A DNA stretch of 63,737 nucleotides, filler included, from Choristocarpus tenellus KU-1152 (lineage: Eukaryota > Protista > Phaeophyceae), in the NCBI GenBank assembly GCA_964200185.2. It is 11 parts of 11 records of this genome, joined end to end, with 100 filler letters (N's around TTAATTAATTAA, not from the genome) between each part and the next. Parts side by side here need not be neighbours in the genome. Positions count along the whole stretch, not along the records: positions 27,752 to 47,510 come from CAXNAD020000443.1; positions 47,611 to 50,169 come from CAXNAD020026783.1; positions 50,270 to 54,156 come from CAXNAD020017353.1; 8 more parts are not named here. One strand, 5' to 3'. The notes under the pieces were generated by a model. It did no database searches. It had not been told where the DNA came from and saw only the letters and a program-made list of their open reading frames with translations. A program made the position numbers and the translations under genes. Below are positions 37,101 through 51,427 of the stretch, in pieces (the first letter of the stretch is position 1; the number at the start of each line of letters is the position of its first letter).

Positions 37101-40100
37101 TCATGCTGCAGCATTGCTATCAACAGAACTCTCAACACTTCCACAGACCTTAGACCCCTTGCTTTGACCTATGTCAACTTTGCCACAACTTGTGGGGCTC
37201 ATTAATTCAAGGGGTATCTTCAACCACACACCAACCCCAACAAGAAAGAAGCCTAGTGCCAGTAAATAGAACACAAGATGGTAATCAAAGGGGAAGGAAT
37301 GAAGGGAATGGGGTGTTGGGGCTGTCGGAGTTACATATAGGGAGGGTGAACGGGTGGAGGATTGCACTCCCTCATCTGTAGCAATGGACCACGCAAATAG
37401 GGTGGATGCCAGAGTAGGTCCAGCGGCTTTCCCCATGGATCCGATGGACATGGCCAGTCCATTGAGCGTCCCTCTTTGTGAAGCTGGCACACAGGCATTG
37501 GTGGCCAATGCCATGGTCACAAAAATCTGCTCATGGTGGGAAGAAAATGTGAGAAATGATACTATCAACTGGTATTTCATCTGTGGTATCATAGTTAACC
37601 CTTCTGACCAGAAGATTTTACAAGAATCAAAAGGAAGGTGACCTGCTCTACCAAATCCACTTTACTTCAATAATGGCCTATCATATTTGCAGGGCCGACT
37701 CTCTGTGAAAATTGATACTTTGAAGGATATTTATTCCTTTGGGCATTTACTCTGCAGACACCATGTGCACTGGAACATGAAATAAAAAGAGGGACGAGTC
37801 AAAGGACCTCTGACCAAAAAAATGGCGAGGACTACACAAACCCTAACCCTAAAACTGCAAGGCACTCTCAAACATATTGGCTGACTTGACACTATTACAC
37901 TAAAGAATTGCCACAGAAAGAGCATGGATAGAGCGAAGGGGGTACAGGTAATACTGAGGAAGGTGGAAGGACACAGGGAGAGGACAATGACTCACAACGT
38001 TGACATTGGCCCTGACAGACGATACCACTGCCACAGTAGCAATGGTCAGCCAGACTCCTGATCCATGTACAAAATTCAAGTTAGGTACTATTAAGAGTAT
38101 TGGTACCAGAAGACTCAATGCCAGGCGCTGAGCTCGTACCACACCCAACACCTTCATCAGTTGAGGGTAGATGGAGACTTGGAACACAATCATGCCAATG
38201 CCACTGAAGGATAGTACCTGGATTGCACAACAACAAACAAGTAAGGGGAACAGGGTTTATGGTGGGTGGATCCTGAACTCAGATTTGGTCACACAAAGTG
38301 CCCTCTTCAACATCTCCAGAACAATATTATGCAAGTCAACCCAAGACCCCTCGTGTCACCCTACAGGAATGTATCTGTAGAGCCATACCTCATACCTCAA
38401 ACTTCACAGCTCCCTTGTGCCAACATTCACATATAATACGTCAGTTGTGTCAACTGCTTAGGCCTTCAAGCGAGAATAACAATAATAATAATAATAATGG
38501 AAACTAAAAAATCAGACGGTGTGTTAAGATGCCCTTTCTCTCCTCTACATCACACAATTTGTACATATTTGAAGTACATGCTAAACAAAAGCACTACGAA
38601 AGAATTTAATGCTTATCTGCACCACAAAACAAATATATGAATACTCTTTGATAAATTTATCTACACATATAAAATTCTTCTACTCTTAAAAAAGTAAGTA
38701 CAAGAAGGGTGAAATTACTGAATATCTACTCTCTCCTCATAGATGGAAATAAATGGCTTGATCTCCACGATTTAAGAAAACCAGAGCCTGATACAAACCC
38801 CTCTACTACTACATAATTGCTTCACTTCTCAGGTACTCAATGGAACACCTGATCTCAGACCATGGAAAAAAGGAGGGTGCAACCCGCCCTTGTTATAGAA
38901 CCAAAACTACCCTCCCCTCAAATGTAGGACTTAAGTCAAATCTAGACAAGAAAAGGTGCAAAATGACCCTAACCCTAACTCTCATACACCTTGAAATATC
39001 CCAAACACCCAGGAAAAAGAAAGTAGTTAGATTTTGGACTTGAGCTTATCATATCCTTACTACAAGGGTTAGGGTCCCAAAAGAAAGGGTTGTGCCCCAC
39101 GTCCTATGCCCTACTCTTCATCTATGGAGCCTTGGAACTGGGGGGATGTAAATAGCCAGCCATGAATATTGAAGAGTGAATGGCAAAATCTTGGGTACAA
39201 AGGCAGTAGAGATATGATCTGATAGGATTGAAGCTTCCCGACCAACACAGCCCTAACCCAACCAATCCAAAAACTAAGATTGCAAACGACCTCAAACAGA
39301 ACTGAACCTCGAAGCCTTTAGGGGGTTCTTGAGGTTTTTGCATGATACACTTCTGCCTTGCCTCGGATTTCCCCTAACCCTAACCATAACCCAGACAAAA
39401 GATGGTGACAAATGGAGCATAGCATAATCCACCACTAGGAAGCTCCTTTCTAGCAATAAAGTCCACAAATGTTGAGTTAATATCTGACTACTTACTGCCC
39501 CTAAGTACATACAACTCAGTAGCTCATACACATGCCTGGAAGTGCCCTAGATTACAAAAATAAACACCAGTGAACAGTGATAGAAATATACTGCTGTTTG
39601 AGTATTATAATTTTTCACTTTGGACATTTGACTCTGAGTTCAATATTAAGTAGTGAACTCCTGGTTGAGAGGTGAGGCAGGGAGGAAAAATGAACCCATT
39701 AGTTGGCAGCAACCCAATCTAAGGACAAATGGGATGTTGCCATGGAATAAATAGCATTTGGTTGAAAATTGGTACCTTTTTTTTTCCCATGTCTGATGGT
39801 ACAAGATGTAACAATCATAACATTGTCTTTTGTTCAGTCATGCCATGCCATTGACTGCACAAATTATAAACATACTTCCTTGAGGTGAGAGTTGAGGGAT
39901 GTACAGCAGCAGATAGAATGGACCAAGTCGGGAGTAGATTGCTTCACATGAAAGGGTTAGGGTTAGGTTCACAACAAGCAGGCTGTGGAATGCTTAGTGA
40001 CAAGAGTTAAGTCCTATAGAGTGAAATAAACATTGAGGAAGTGTTCTATTATGGCGGAAAATGTATTAAACAATCAATTTCTTCAGAAGTAATGATCCTG

Positions 40101-43100
40101 TATGGGCTATTCCTTCAAGCTTGCATGCCCAACAGTGTTTCATAACAATTTAAGGTTAATACCTAACCCCTCTCTAAAAAATAAGAAAAGACACAATAAG
40201 AAGATGAAAAAAACTTCATAATAAAAATCTTCTAGAATCACAACTTTCATAACTTCAATAGCAATTGCATCGAGAGGAGTCTGTTTACAAATACCAGAAT
40301 TCAATACCAAAATTCTTTCCTTTTTTTTTGCACATTGTGCGATTTCATTAGTCAGCAATTGAATCTCCAGGAGGAGATCAAAGAACAAAGGGGAGGAAAA
40401 AAGGCAGCTTATCATTGACCCCACCTGCAGCTAAGCACACACGTTCCTGCAAACTCCAACCATATTTCAAATTCTAGAAAGGTATCCAACACACACTATA
40501 ACTCAATCTAGTGAGCTAAACTTGCAATGCCTCAATCCACATGTATCTCACCTTTCCAATTTCAACAGTGGTCCAGTCCAACCCCCCCAAGTGGATAGAG
40601 CTCAGGGCCCAGAGTGGAAAGGATTCATCAAAACCACTCACCAAGATCTATAGTTCCACATCAACACAGATGGAAAACACAAGGCACATACATGTAATTA
40701 GAGGAAAAGCACCACACTGACAGGATTCACACAGTTTCAGTATACAAATTGCTACGTGAAACGTAGCAGAAACACTTGTGTGTTTTGCCAAGAAAAGGCC
40801 AATAGCAATAGTAGTGGTTGGTGGGATAGGGGATGTTGAAGGGAAAATGTAGACTAGCTTCAACATGTGGGATACAGGGTACATTTTCTAATTTTTATCA
40901 GAGTTACTTTTTTCTTCGTATACCCTAACCCTAACCCTAAGCCTCGATCCCAACACGACTCTCACCTAAAGCAAAACATGACACAAAACACTGTGGTCAT
41001 GTTAGTCACAGGAGACAATGGCATTCAACACATCACATATGAGGAACAATCACCCCCAAAAACTGACTAGTGTTTGTCAATGGTAGACAGCGCGGTAGGC
41101 AAGTGGGGCTAAAAAATCCTCCATATTATGATGTCTTCAAATTTGCGGCTAAGGATGTCTATGCTAAGGTCAAGGTACCACAACTTCATTCATATCATTC
41201 AAACCATTCATATATCTAATTCCCTCTAAACTCCAGACACCCAGCCCTGCTCAGATGTGTTGAATAACTTTGAAGCTTGGCATTGAATCATGTGGTAGAA
41301 AATATTTAGTCAATATCACCTCTAATCCTGACCACAGTCCTTAGAGCTTGACTCTTCTTATCACCTCTCCACCAAAGAAACAGGCAACATGTCATTTGTG
41401 CAGCAATATCTGAACCTCCAAAACAATGAAACAAATATTTCATTCATGAACACCTACGGTCACCAGAGAACAAAACTTGACCATGTTCAGCGTGCGCATT
41501 GACGCTATGATGCAAAAAGGGACCCATAGATCAATTCCTATGACGCAGTGTAAGAAGCATACAGTGAATAAGTCATACTTTGAACCTCCAATTTTAAACT
41601 CATCAGAAGTCTTTCGTTCCTCAAATTCTCATCAGTACTTAGTGATTAGATTCTGCCAATACAAATTTCAACTAACCCTAACCCTACAAATTTCAACTTA
41701 GCGTTAGGGTTAGGGAGGAACACACAGAAAAACAATTCAGGCAGATCCCTGCCTGCCATAATGTATTTCTCTCACCGCAAAAAATCCATATATTCCAATC
41801 ACCCAGCGCGTCACCGGGCTACTCAAAATACCGCCAGTCAAGGAAGGAGTAGAAACACTCTTGCAACCAAGGGAAGGCGTTTGCCACCCTCTGGTCTCCA
41901 GCATCGTCACTATGCCAGCTCTGTAGCTCTCTCTCTCTTTCTCCTCAGATGTTTCACTGGTGGAACTGTAATCCAATGCTTGACTTAATGGGCTATGGTC
42001 ATGATGAGCACCATGGTAAGACGGCAAGAGATTTTTCTCCTCATCTGCCATCGGAGTCTCATTCCTGCCTTTATCACCCAAAAGAATAAGTAACTCGACA
42101 CTTGAATTATTGTCCTTCTCCTCAAGCTTTTCCCATATTGGTACCTGCTTGAAACTGTTGCCGTTGGTATTCAGTTGCAAATCAGAGGGCCATCACAAGA
42201 GAGGTTAAGGGGGAAGGGTGAGGATTCAGCAGAGGACGAAGTGTTAACCTACAAGAAGCACTTGTTCACAATATAATTTCTACCTCTGACAAAAGATGCA
42301 ATAAATCTGAAGGGCCAATATGATACTGCAACTAAAGGAAAATCAGCAATCCATGTACTGTCTTAAAAGAGGTGACGCAATGGCAGGTTAGGGTTAGGGC
42401 AGGTTGCTATTCACAAGCGATAATACTTTCTATCGTAGAGATTACGGGATATCTTGACTGTAGCGTACAATATGTCATCTTGGCTTAAGGGTTAGGGTTA
42501 TGGTGGTGCATGAAATTGTTGCGGTTAGGGTTAGGGTACATTATGTGAAGGGATGAACGTTCTTACCTGGTATCTACAGAATTCAGCCTGTATGTCTCTG
42601 GTAAGGCAAAGTAGAGGAGGGGCAGTCCCACCAATCCCATACCAGCATTGACCATGTTGACAAGGAGGTACGGATACCTGACAAGGGATGAGACAAGGGA
42701 CTAATGGAAAACTATGACTAATCCACACCTCTATAATACATGAAAAGTGACATATATTAGGTGGTAAAGTGAAATTTCACACAGAAGCATACAGGATTTA
42801 GCAACTCAGGAGTTAGAATTAGTATAGCTTCATCATCGAGCTGCTCCTGAAGCTGAACAGTTTAATCATGGCTTAAACCCGAAGGAATGATGTGTACAAA
42901 ATCTTCCCCAATCGCCATTATCCTGTCTAAGGCTTTCTCTATAATTCTCAAATGAAATTGTAAATCTTCCACGTTCTGCTTAACATCAAAATAGAGAGGA
43001 CTGCAAACTTGTAACCATATCCAAGATGTCAAAATTGGAAAGTGGCCACATAACTGGCTCAGATATAAATTGAAAAAGTAAATAATCCCAATAATGCTGG

Positions 43101-44757
43101 ATGAAACTTTGCAACATTTTCAGAATACTCCAGAAATACTGAGGATAACACAGCAGTGAGTAGGCCAGACCCCAACACCTGAGGGCTATACTTTACATGA
43201 GATTTGACATTATCAGTCACCACAGATATTTGCTAGGGAGGCTCCAGGTGCTCTCTATAGTGGTCAGCTACAGGTGAAGACTTTGCTACAAGTCTGATGA
43301 TAGATCACTATTCCTAAGATTCATGGGGCGTTGGCTAACCTATGCACAACACACAAAGTCACATATTGCCTGAGAACACCAATTTCCTAAATTTATAAGA
43401 TCCCATGAACAATGGATAAGCAAAACATTACCTGGCAAACAACCCCGTATCAGAGAATAGGGAGGGCATGTTCACCGCAGGCCGTGCTAGAAGCCCTCCA
43501 AGGCCTGGACCGACAACCATCCCAATAGACCAAGAGGCTGCAGTGTGCAGATTGAATTGGGAAAGTGATAAAATGAGGAAGAGGTACTAAAAAGAAGCCG
43601 TACCCATCTCGTTAGATGTACAATCAGTGTAACAAACAAGGACAAAAGAAGAGGGATTACGAGTCCTCCCACCACCCCCTCTATGATTCACTCGAGGGTA
43701 ATCATCCACCACTGCTGAGGTAGGTCGACGTACAATACATGCGCAAACCAATAAATCGTTCTCACTCGTTATGAAGCCCATTCCATCCACTTCGTGCTCC
43801 TTGCCACATATCTCAGATATCATTGTTTTGCTGATGCCCACAATGCCATTCATCGCCCCTAGCAAGAACCTGCCCATTGTTGGAAAGCTCGTCAAAGAGG
43901 GGGTGAAGAGATGTTGAAGGGGGTACAAACATAACATTGACCATGAATATCTCATCAACCTACTGATCAAGCTCAATCGTCATCCGTTTCCTGATCAGCT
44001 ATGTTGTCAACTCATTTCATAATCAGGTTTCCACCCCGTTTCTGACGGACTCAACACACGTAACTTAAGCACCGCCTGGAAAGAACATTAGGCAAATAAA
44101 TGATGGTCAACAGCTTAACTCGAGGAATCCACTCACGCTCACCTGCATGCTAAGGCCCAACAGAAACTCTGAGACATTCCAAATCCTAGGGAGAACACGG
44201 CAATAGCGAGCAGACCTACGTATAGACCAGGTTTACGCCCGTGCACATCCGAGAATCGGCCCCAGAAGTACGAGCTACAGAAACGTCCCAACATAAAGGC
44301 ACTTGCGACATAACCAGCGTAGAATCCTGCCAGACGACACGGGTGACACAGGGAGGCAGCATGGCATGGCGATCATAACGTTGGGACAAAGATGCAAGGA
44401 TGGCAATGACATTCGCTGATTGGAAGGAGGGGGGTAGGAGGCTGAATCGTTTAGGGTGAACAGGGGTGTAGAAGATAACAATATAGGGTGTAGGGATTCA
44501 AGAGCGGTTGGGGTGGCAACGCTGGAGTGGAGATACAATTGTCATAGTCTGGGGCAGTGAACATACGAAATACAACTAGTTCTGGCACAATCACCGGCTT
44601 CGTCTTTACTCCTTGCGACTCCGATGTCCTGTACCATATATCCCACGTAAGGAAATAAACTCGACAGTGCGAACGAGTGAGAAAGGAGGGCCCAGGATAT
44701 GACCAGCATTGGCTTCCAGGGGAATGGTGTTGAACCAGTGATATTTGAGGTGGACAT
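37101..44757 (-). CDS. Major facilitator superfamily transporter, ZIFL (zinc-induced facilitator-like) type, 596 aa, 9 exons
   Basis: Exons (minus): 44757-44595, 44326-44143, 43869-43766, 43537-43432, 42677-42567, 42154-41776, 40647-40552, 38217-37996, 37526-37101 (1791 nt, phase-consistent). Motifs SSLFPYVGYMV, GFYAGYVASAFMLGR, WGRFSDVHGRKP (MFS motif A), GPGLGGLLARPA, YPYLL, FPLWALS..GGLDW, QRGTLNGLAMS..KAAGP..LFAWS. Confidence 0.92.
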
Positions 44758-45189
44758 GATCCTTCAAATCTATGTTTGAACTGTAACCCAGAAACCTGCC
44801 AGGAGAAGCTACGCTTGGATCCAGTCTGTGTCGGCTGCTACGCTTTAAAGGTTTACATTTGTCCTTCTTTAGTCCACTACTCCAGGTTCGTTATCGCTTG
44901 TGAAGTGTTGGTGCACAATGCTACGTATGTATATATGTGAGACTTCTCAAGTTCTATAGGATGAAGTATAGGATGAAGGTGTGTGAGGAATATTTCTTGG
45001 AGTGATTTGTACACTGTTTAATCCAATACATGATGAAAGTACTAGCTTGAGTTATAAATGTATCATTGATTTGGATAGGAAGAAATGTAGCATCGATTTT
45101 GTTTTGCTCATAACCCTAACCTCAAGAATTCTGGATTATTATTATTATTTGCTTATTCCTTGTTTACCATTCCTCTGATCTCCATTCCC

Positions 45190-45362
45190 CATTTGATGAC
45201 CAACCATTGCTAATGCCCTTCGTCAATGATTGCCAGCCATCCCTCACATTTGATGACCAACCAGTGCGAATGCCCTTCGTCACTGATTGCCAGTCATCGC
45301 CCACATTTGATGACCAACCAGTGCGAATGCCCTTCGCCCCTGATTGCCAGTCATCCCCCACC
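45190..45362. repeat. 57-bp tandem repeat x3
   Basis: CATTTGATGACCAACCA...TGATTGCCAG units start at 45190, 45247 and 45304. Confidence 0.9.
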
Positions 45363-45949
45363 TTTCAGCCCCACACAAGTTACCACTCCCCTCAACCCCA
45401 CATCAGTTCCCACACCACTCAACACCATTCCACAATCATCCAAGAACACCCCTTCATGATCAACTTCAAACCGTGCCTTTGAGCTAGACGACATCTACCC
45501 CGCCGTAACTTGATCTCCCCTCCCCCCCCCTTTCCAGTGTTCCCGTCGGTCGTGAGCAAGCGACAGGGTGGGTGGGCGGAAGAGCTTGCTCGGAGGTTGA
45601 CTTGGTCTCTTTTTCTCGTCCTGTACCCTTGATTCTCAGTCTTAATACTTAGTGAACTCTGCTCCTATCCTTTCCCTGCCACTCGTTTTCATTTAACTTT
45701 TCTCCCCTTCCCTAACTATTCGTTCTCTTCCTGCTTCATTCTTTTTCTTTCCATTGCCTACCCTCGTCCTGTGCCCCCAGCCAACCAGAATTCTTCTCTC
45801 ATAAAATAAAACTCAGATTACTTCATAAACTTTCACTTTTGTAATACTTGAAAGTTTGTAGATGGATAAAGAGTTGAACAGGTATGTTGGGTGAAAATAG
45901 GATGTAGATAATACTTTGGAGTACTTTCTGGGTCGACTGAGCAAGAGCA

Positions 45950-46290
45950 TCTGATGGCCTCGCCACGATTCTCTCAACGAACAGAAAAAATACTAAACTT
46001 CCCGTCAAAATTGCTGTTGATGGCGGTATAAACCTTGGGGGGGAGACAGTCCGGGCGACAATTTCGTTGTGCAGACCTTATGCTACATCTTACGGATAGG
46101 AGTATCCTCGTCATCACATAATTGGTACCTCTGACCGTGCCTGCCACTTTTCATCCACATGGACGAAGACTTGGAAGTGATGGAAGCTTTTCAGGTCTCT
46201 GGGTCCATCCATGGCTCAGCGCGTTGCACCTTAACCATTGTAACTTGCACTCATGAGTAATCAACGGCGTTAGATAGGCTGAAGACACCC
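45950..46290 (-). mobile_element. Tc1/mariner (DD39D-type) transposase relic, N-terminal catalytic part
   Basis: Frameshifted minus-strand translation gives VHVDEKW, YQLCDDEDTPIRK and FDGKFSIF.FVERIVAR. These match the plant/oomycete-type mariner motifs VHVDEKWF, YL..DE..P.R and FDGKIG..PFVE. Confidence 0.75.
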
Positions 46291-49200
46291 ATCAACCAAG
46301 GTTATTCATGCTGACACATGGAGTGGATCAAGAGACGCACACCTGAGCCAGCACAACGCACTATGTCGTTCGGTTTACTATTGGGATTTTTGGGGGGACA
46401 TCTCGTGTGGGTCATGAATATTCATACGTTCACAACACAATTTCCCTTGCTTTGCATACCAAGTTATAATCCATAATACCACTATACTTTTAAATCTTGT
46501 AAAGCTTGCAAAGTTCAGAAATGGTTTGAGTATTGCTCTCAAATATGTCAGCAACTTGCTTGATGCTCTCATGTGTACAGGAACCATTCTTCCTCCTTTG
46601 AAGGGACTTCGCAATTTTCACCCTTCTTGAAACAGTGTGAGAATACTTCTTTTGAAAGCTGAGGCAAGCATTGATTAACCGTTGTGTTAATTGTGCGACT
46701 GGAAAGTGTTGGTTTAAAGTCTGCTTGAGGTCCTGCGGTGTCGATTGGGCAAAGTGAGGTGGACGAAGTACTTTGTTTGTCATTCTTTAGGTGTTCCAAA
46801 CTCGTAATTAAGAGTCGTTGAAGGTGCACTTAATATTGTGTACAGAGGATATATAGGTCTTCCAACTTTTTTGACAAAGTGAACCTCATCTTGTCCAAAT
46901 TGCAAAGGAAATCGTATAAACCTCATCCTCACGATTATGAGTGAGAGAATGTGAAGTTTATGAAGAAATCTGAGTTTTGTTGGTGGAAGAATTCTGGGAG
47001 GAATGACGTATAGGGAATAGAGTGATGATTATGGTAACAAAAAAAAAATGAGCTAATCTGAGTTTTACTGGTGGGAGAATTCTGGTAGGAATGAGATATA
47101 GGAAAGGGAGGGGTGAGGAAGGAAAAAGATGAATAGGTCAAGGGATAAATCAAGAGTTATGTACTGAGTGACTAGGACACAGAAGAGGTAGGAGAGAAGT
47201 TAAAGAAATTAGTGGTAGGTTGAAGCACATGGTAAGAAGGAATGGTCAGAACGTACAGAAATCCTAAGGCTGGCAGTACAGGACGAGGAGGGCTAGAGCA
47301 AGACAGCCTCTGAGCCATCTCTCCCACTAACCCTTTCGCTTGCTCATGACCTGTTGGGATGATGATTAGGGGGGGAGAAGTTCAAGTTTGATAGGGGTAG
47401 ATGTCTTCTAGTTCAAAGATACGGTATGAAGTGGATGATGAAGGGGTATTCTTGGATGACTGTGGAGCAGTGTTGAGTGGTGTGGGGGAGTTGGGTCAAA
47501 GTATCTGGGGNNNNNNNNNNNNNNNNNNNNNNNNNNNNNNNNNNNNNNNNNNNNTTAATTAATTAANNNNNNNNNNNNNNNNNNNNNNNNNNNNNNNNNN
47601 NNNNNNNNNNCCCCCCCCCCCAGATACTTTGACCCGCAACATAACCCAAGCACTTCTACAAACTTGGAATGAAGACGAAAGGAAACGTCCAAGGTATCAG
47701 TCATCCCCATTCCAAAACGCCCTACATCTGCACCCTGCCTGGTTTCCTTGGGTTGGCAGCCCCCTTCGCCACAAAGAACTCCTGCATTGGAACCTTCTGC
47801 TTTTTCAGGGCCACAGTAATAGCCACAGGTCCAGTTACCACAGCCCCAGGACCAGACTCATCCTCATGCCCAGCAGCAGCCACACCAGTTCCATCCTCAA
47901 CCTCAGTCCCTGAGTCACTGGTCCTTGGGCCAGGTTTCATCAACAATGGGTTAAGAGCCTCTTTTGCATCAACACCATCAATATGTGTCCCTCACTCTCC
48001 CCACCTCTGCTACCATCGTCATGTTCCAGATCCCCATCCTCTCTTTCTTCCTCCCTGTGTGTCTGTATCGCCTGTGAGTTCAAATATACATGGTGCAGGG
48101 ATATGATGATATTGGAAGCTGTAGGCTCATTCCACACAGTTCACGGCATTAGATTCTGCTTCAAAAGAACACCATTGGAGAACAGAGACCTCTCTTCCTC
48201 GACAACCTCCCCGTAGTTCCATGCATAATGGGAAGATTCATTCCTCACATGAGGAGAATGCTATACAGCACTCAACATTGGCCTAGCACTCAAGTGGTTC
48301 TACACCTTTAGAAGCAGGCAAACAAGAAGCGCATTAAGTACACCATGTCCAGCAGGTCAGCAATGGCAGGATTCACAATAAAGATGATGATCGTCAAGTC
48401 CATCTCCTGCAGAAATGGTGTAGGATAAAGGACAGGTGTGGAGTGGGGTTAGGGACGTGGATACAGGGTTAGGACTGTGAGTATATGCTTTTAACGATAG
48501 GGGCTAGGGTATTGTACGGGTGGTTAGCATCATGTGGAAGAATAGAGAAAACGGGGAGCAACTGATATTTGATGAAAATAAGATTAATGGGCATGATGCG
48601 ACTATAGGTCTACGCCACATTGTAGAGGTAGAAGTTTAGGCTGCTGGAGGGGCTGGTAGGTGTGGAGGTGGGAGACGCAGTAAGTAGGACAGCCCCTTGC
48701 TCTCAATTGGTATTTTTACCAAGCAAACGGAACAAGTGCATGCACCAGAAGACCTAAATATTTCTCGTATTTTTACCCTCAACAAGTCAGGATGTCTTCG
48801 AGGAAAGCAGCGAGGTCCACAAAAGGTTAGGGATGGCCCTTCGAGAGAATACACTCGAGCACATCCTCCGTAGCGTCTACCTCAACCGTCCACGGGATGG
48901 TCATGGGCTGTCCATCACAGACTCATGGCTTATCCACATAGTTTTCGAACGTTATGGTCAACGAAGTCGGAGTAAATCTGAATCGTGTGGAGTTTTGTTA
49001 CAGAGGGGGAAGTTAGCGTGGCCATGGAGTCGAGGGATTAGTTTGGACTATGTTTGCCGTTCATTGCTAAAGCCTTCACTGCGTTCGCAGCAACCGTCAG
49101 GACTTAATGCTTGACAGGGAGGCTTCCACAGTCTTTTCGTGCAAATCTCTCCTGTTTTTTCCAATCTTTTGACGTTATCGTCACAACACGACATGGTTCG

Positions 49201-50011
49201 AGGCGGCACATGTGAGCTTCGGTTTCGGATCTCACAGTAACGCGGCTTCCTACAAGGTCGAGCATTCCTCCTTATTCGTGACTTGCCTTCATGCCAGAGG
49301 CGGGCCTGAGAGCAAGTATAACCAGCAGGATGCCTTCATCCCGCAGTGTTGTGATCAATGAGTATCTCGATACCATTCTAGTTTTATCTCCAACTGTATT
49401 CCGCAGGTAGCTTGATGGATCTTGCAACACAAAATGATGAGGAGAAAGGATTGATAGGACAAGACAATAGCCACAAAAAACAACTTTTTCATGTTGGGTG
49501 TGGCGCGCACGGACAAGCTCGCCGAGGCATGAAACACGCGAAATATAAGAGTCTGAGTCCTTTGGAGGCGTTGGACGCTAAGACCAGGGTCGATACAGGC
49601 GGCAAATGCATGATGCAGATGATATGATTTAAGACAACAGGCAAGGGAGTATACTTGCTCGCTGAAGTAATATGCAGTGACGAGGATTCCAACCAACAAT
49701 CCTTTGGTGTTTGCTAAAAACCAATCACATACAACGAATTCTTCGCTCCAATAATGCTTTTATAATGGTGTGACAACTACCAGTCACTGTTCGAAGTTGA
49801 AAAAGTATTGTGGAGCACAATAAGTGTAGTGTGTATAATTATTACATAATAATTGATTGTATGCGAAAAACCAGCGATATGGAAGATGAAACAAACCTAC
49901 GAATAGATGGTCTGTGCACATGAATCCACCCACGTCATCTCGATAATAAGGGGATAATAAAAAAAACAGACACCACAAAACTGTACATCTATTTGCAGGT
50001 CCACGGGTTGA

Positions 50012-50169
50012 ATATCAAAGTATCTGGGGGGAGATGGAGGCTGTCCATTATTTGGGGACAATTTTTTTATGTCGCGATTTTTTGGCGATTTGGTTGCATA
50101 CGTCGGATGGATAATGTAAGTGCACTTTTTCTGGTTATGCCCCAAATGGACACCCTGGTGTAGACCCCC
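50012..50169. mobile_element. MITE subfamily A copy, truncated at contig end
   Basis: Same termini and interior as 23480-23659. Confidence 0.8.
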
Positions 50170-50289
50170 NNNNNNNNNNNNNNNNNNNNNNNNNNNNNNN
50201 NNNNNNNNNNNNNTTAATTAATTAANNNNNNNNNNNNNNNNNNNNNNNNNNNNNNNNNNNNNNNNNNNNACCTAGGCCCCGGAAGGACA

Positions 50290-50763
50290 CACCATCTTCA
50301 TCCAGGAGGACAGGTAAGGCCACACATCAAGGGGGGTATCATGGGGGCAATCAGGGAGGCAGCAGGGGACGACATCGTCAAAGAGACCCGGCCAGTCAAC
50401 TCACCAGACCTCGACGTCAATGACCTGGGATTCTTTAATCTCACCCAGCAACTGAAGGAAGACGTGAGGGTGACCAACACAGAGGAGTTGGTGGATTTCA
50501 CAATGGAGGCGTTTGGAGTGTATCCCTGGAAGACACTAGAGCGCGCGTCTGGCAGAGCCTCTTTCAGAATTAGATGTGAAGTACTAGGGTCCAAGGGTGA
50601 CAAGGTCTTCAAAATTCCCCATCTTAGCAAGGGAAAGGCTCAGAATGCGGGCAAGCTCCCCCCGAATGCCCTGATGGATGCGGTGAAATACCTTGCTGGG
50701 AGTTCTGGAGGGCTTCGAGGGCAGAATCATATAGATGGGTGTAGGCCTCCCCATTTTGCTTGA
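50290..50763 (+). mobile_element. Tc1/mariner (DD39D-type) transposase C-terminal fragment
   Basis: RPVNSPDLDVNDLGFF (QPPNSPDLNVLDLGFF motif carrying the third catalytic Asp), EELV...EAF..YP, GDKVFKIPHLSK and AGKLP. Confidence 0.88.
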
Positions 50764-51168
50764 GATTTTGGTGGGCAAACTTTTTTAGTGTCCGTATAAT
50801 ACACCCATAAAATATGAACATGTAAAAGAATATCTTGCTTCTTCAATGAGGCTGTAAAAGAAATAAAAGATATATTACATTTAATTCCGAACGGACGAAG
50901 TAGTTGTCGTTTATCATCACATTGGTCTCATGGATCACTAACCCATGGTTGGACAAGTAGCAAACATGGAACAAATCATGTTTCAACTTGTTTGTGCTTC
51001 ATAAAACATTAAATACAAACTTGTAAAAACATTTGCATGCTAAGATTGACGGAATGGTGAGTTTGTACAAATCAATTCTACTCCCAAACTTGTGCAACAA
51101 ATCATGTGCCGAGTACAACTCAATGTTGAGAAATTATGTACTAATCCCGACTTGTCGATATAACCTTG

Positions 51169-51427
51169 GAGTGAAAGTATCTTGAAGGGTACGAGATTTG
51201 CCGTGTTTGTCCATTTGGGGCTTGGCTTCCCATGTATTTTTTTATGACATTTTCCTACTCCGAAATGTTTTCTGAGTAGGTAAAATGTATGTGTTGTGAA
51301 AAGGTGTGTCTGGAACATAGATATTGACACTTCCTAACAAATACGATAGTTAAAATTACATCAAGTTGCAACATTGGATTTTTTCCCCCAAATGGACGCG
51401 ACTCTACCCTCTAAGATACTTTGGTTC
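51169..51427. mobile_element. MITE subfamily B (259 bp), opposite orientation to the 28635 copy
   Basis: GAGTGAAAGTATCTTGAAGGGTA...TACCCTCTAAGATACTTTGGTTC; the interior is the reverse complement of 28635-28892. Confidence 0.85.

Noticed and set aside
47629-49699. Possible coding exons on this contig
   Set aside because: Several short ORFs on both strands, but no motif and no phase-consistent exon chain.
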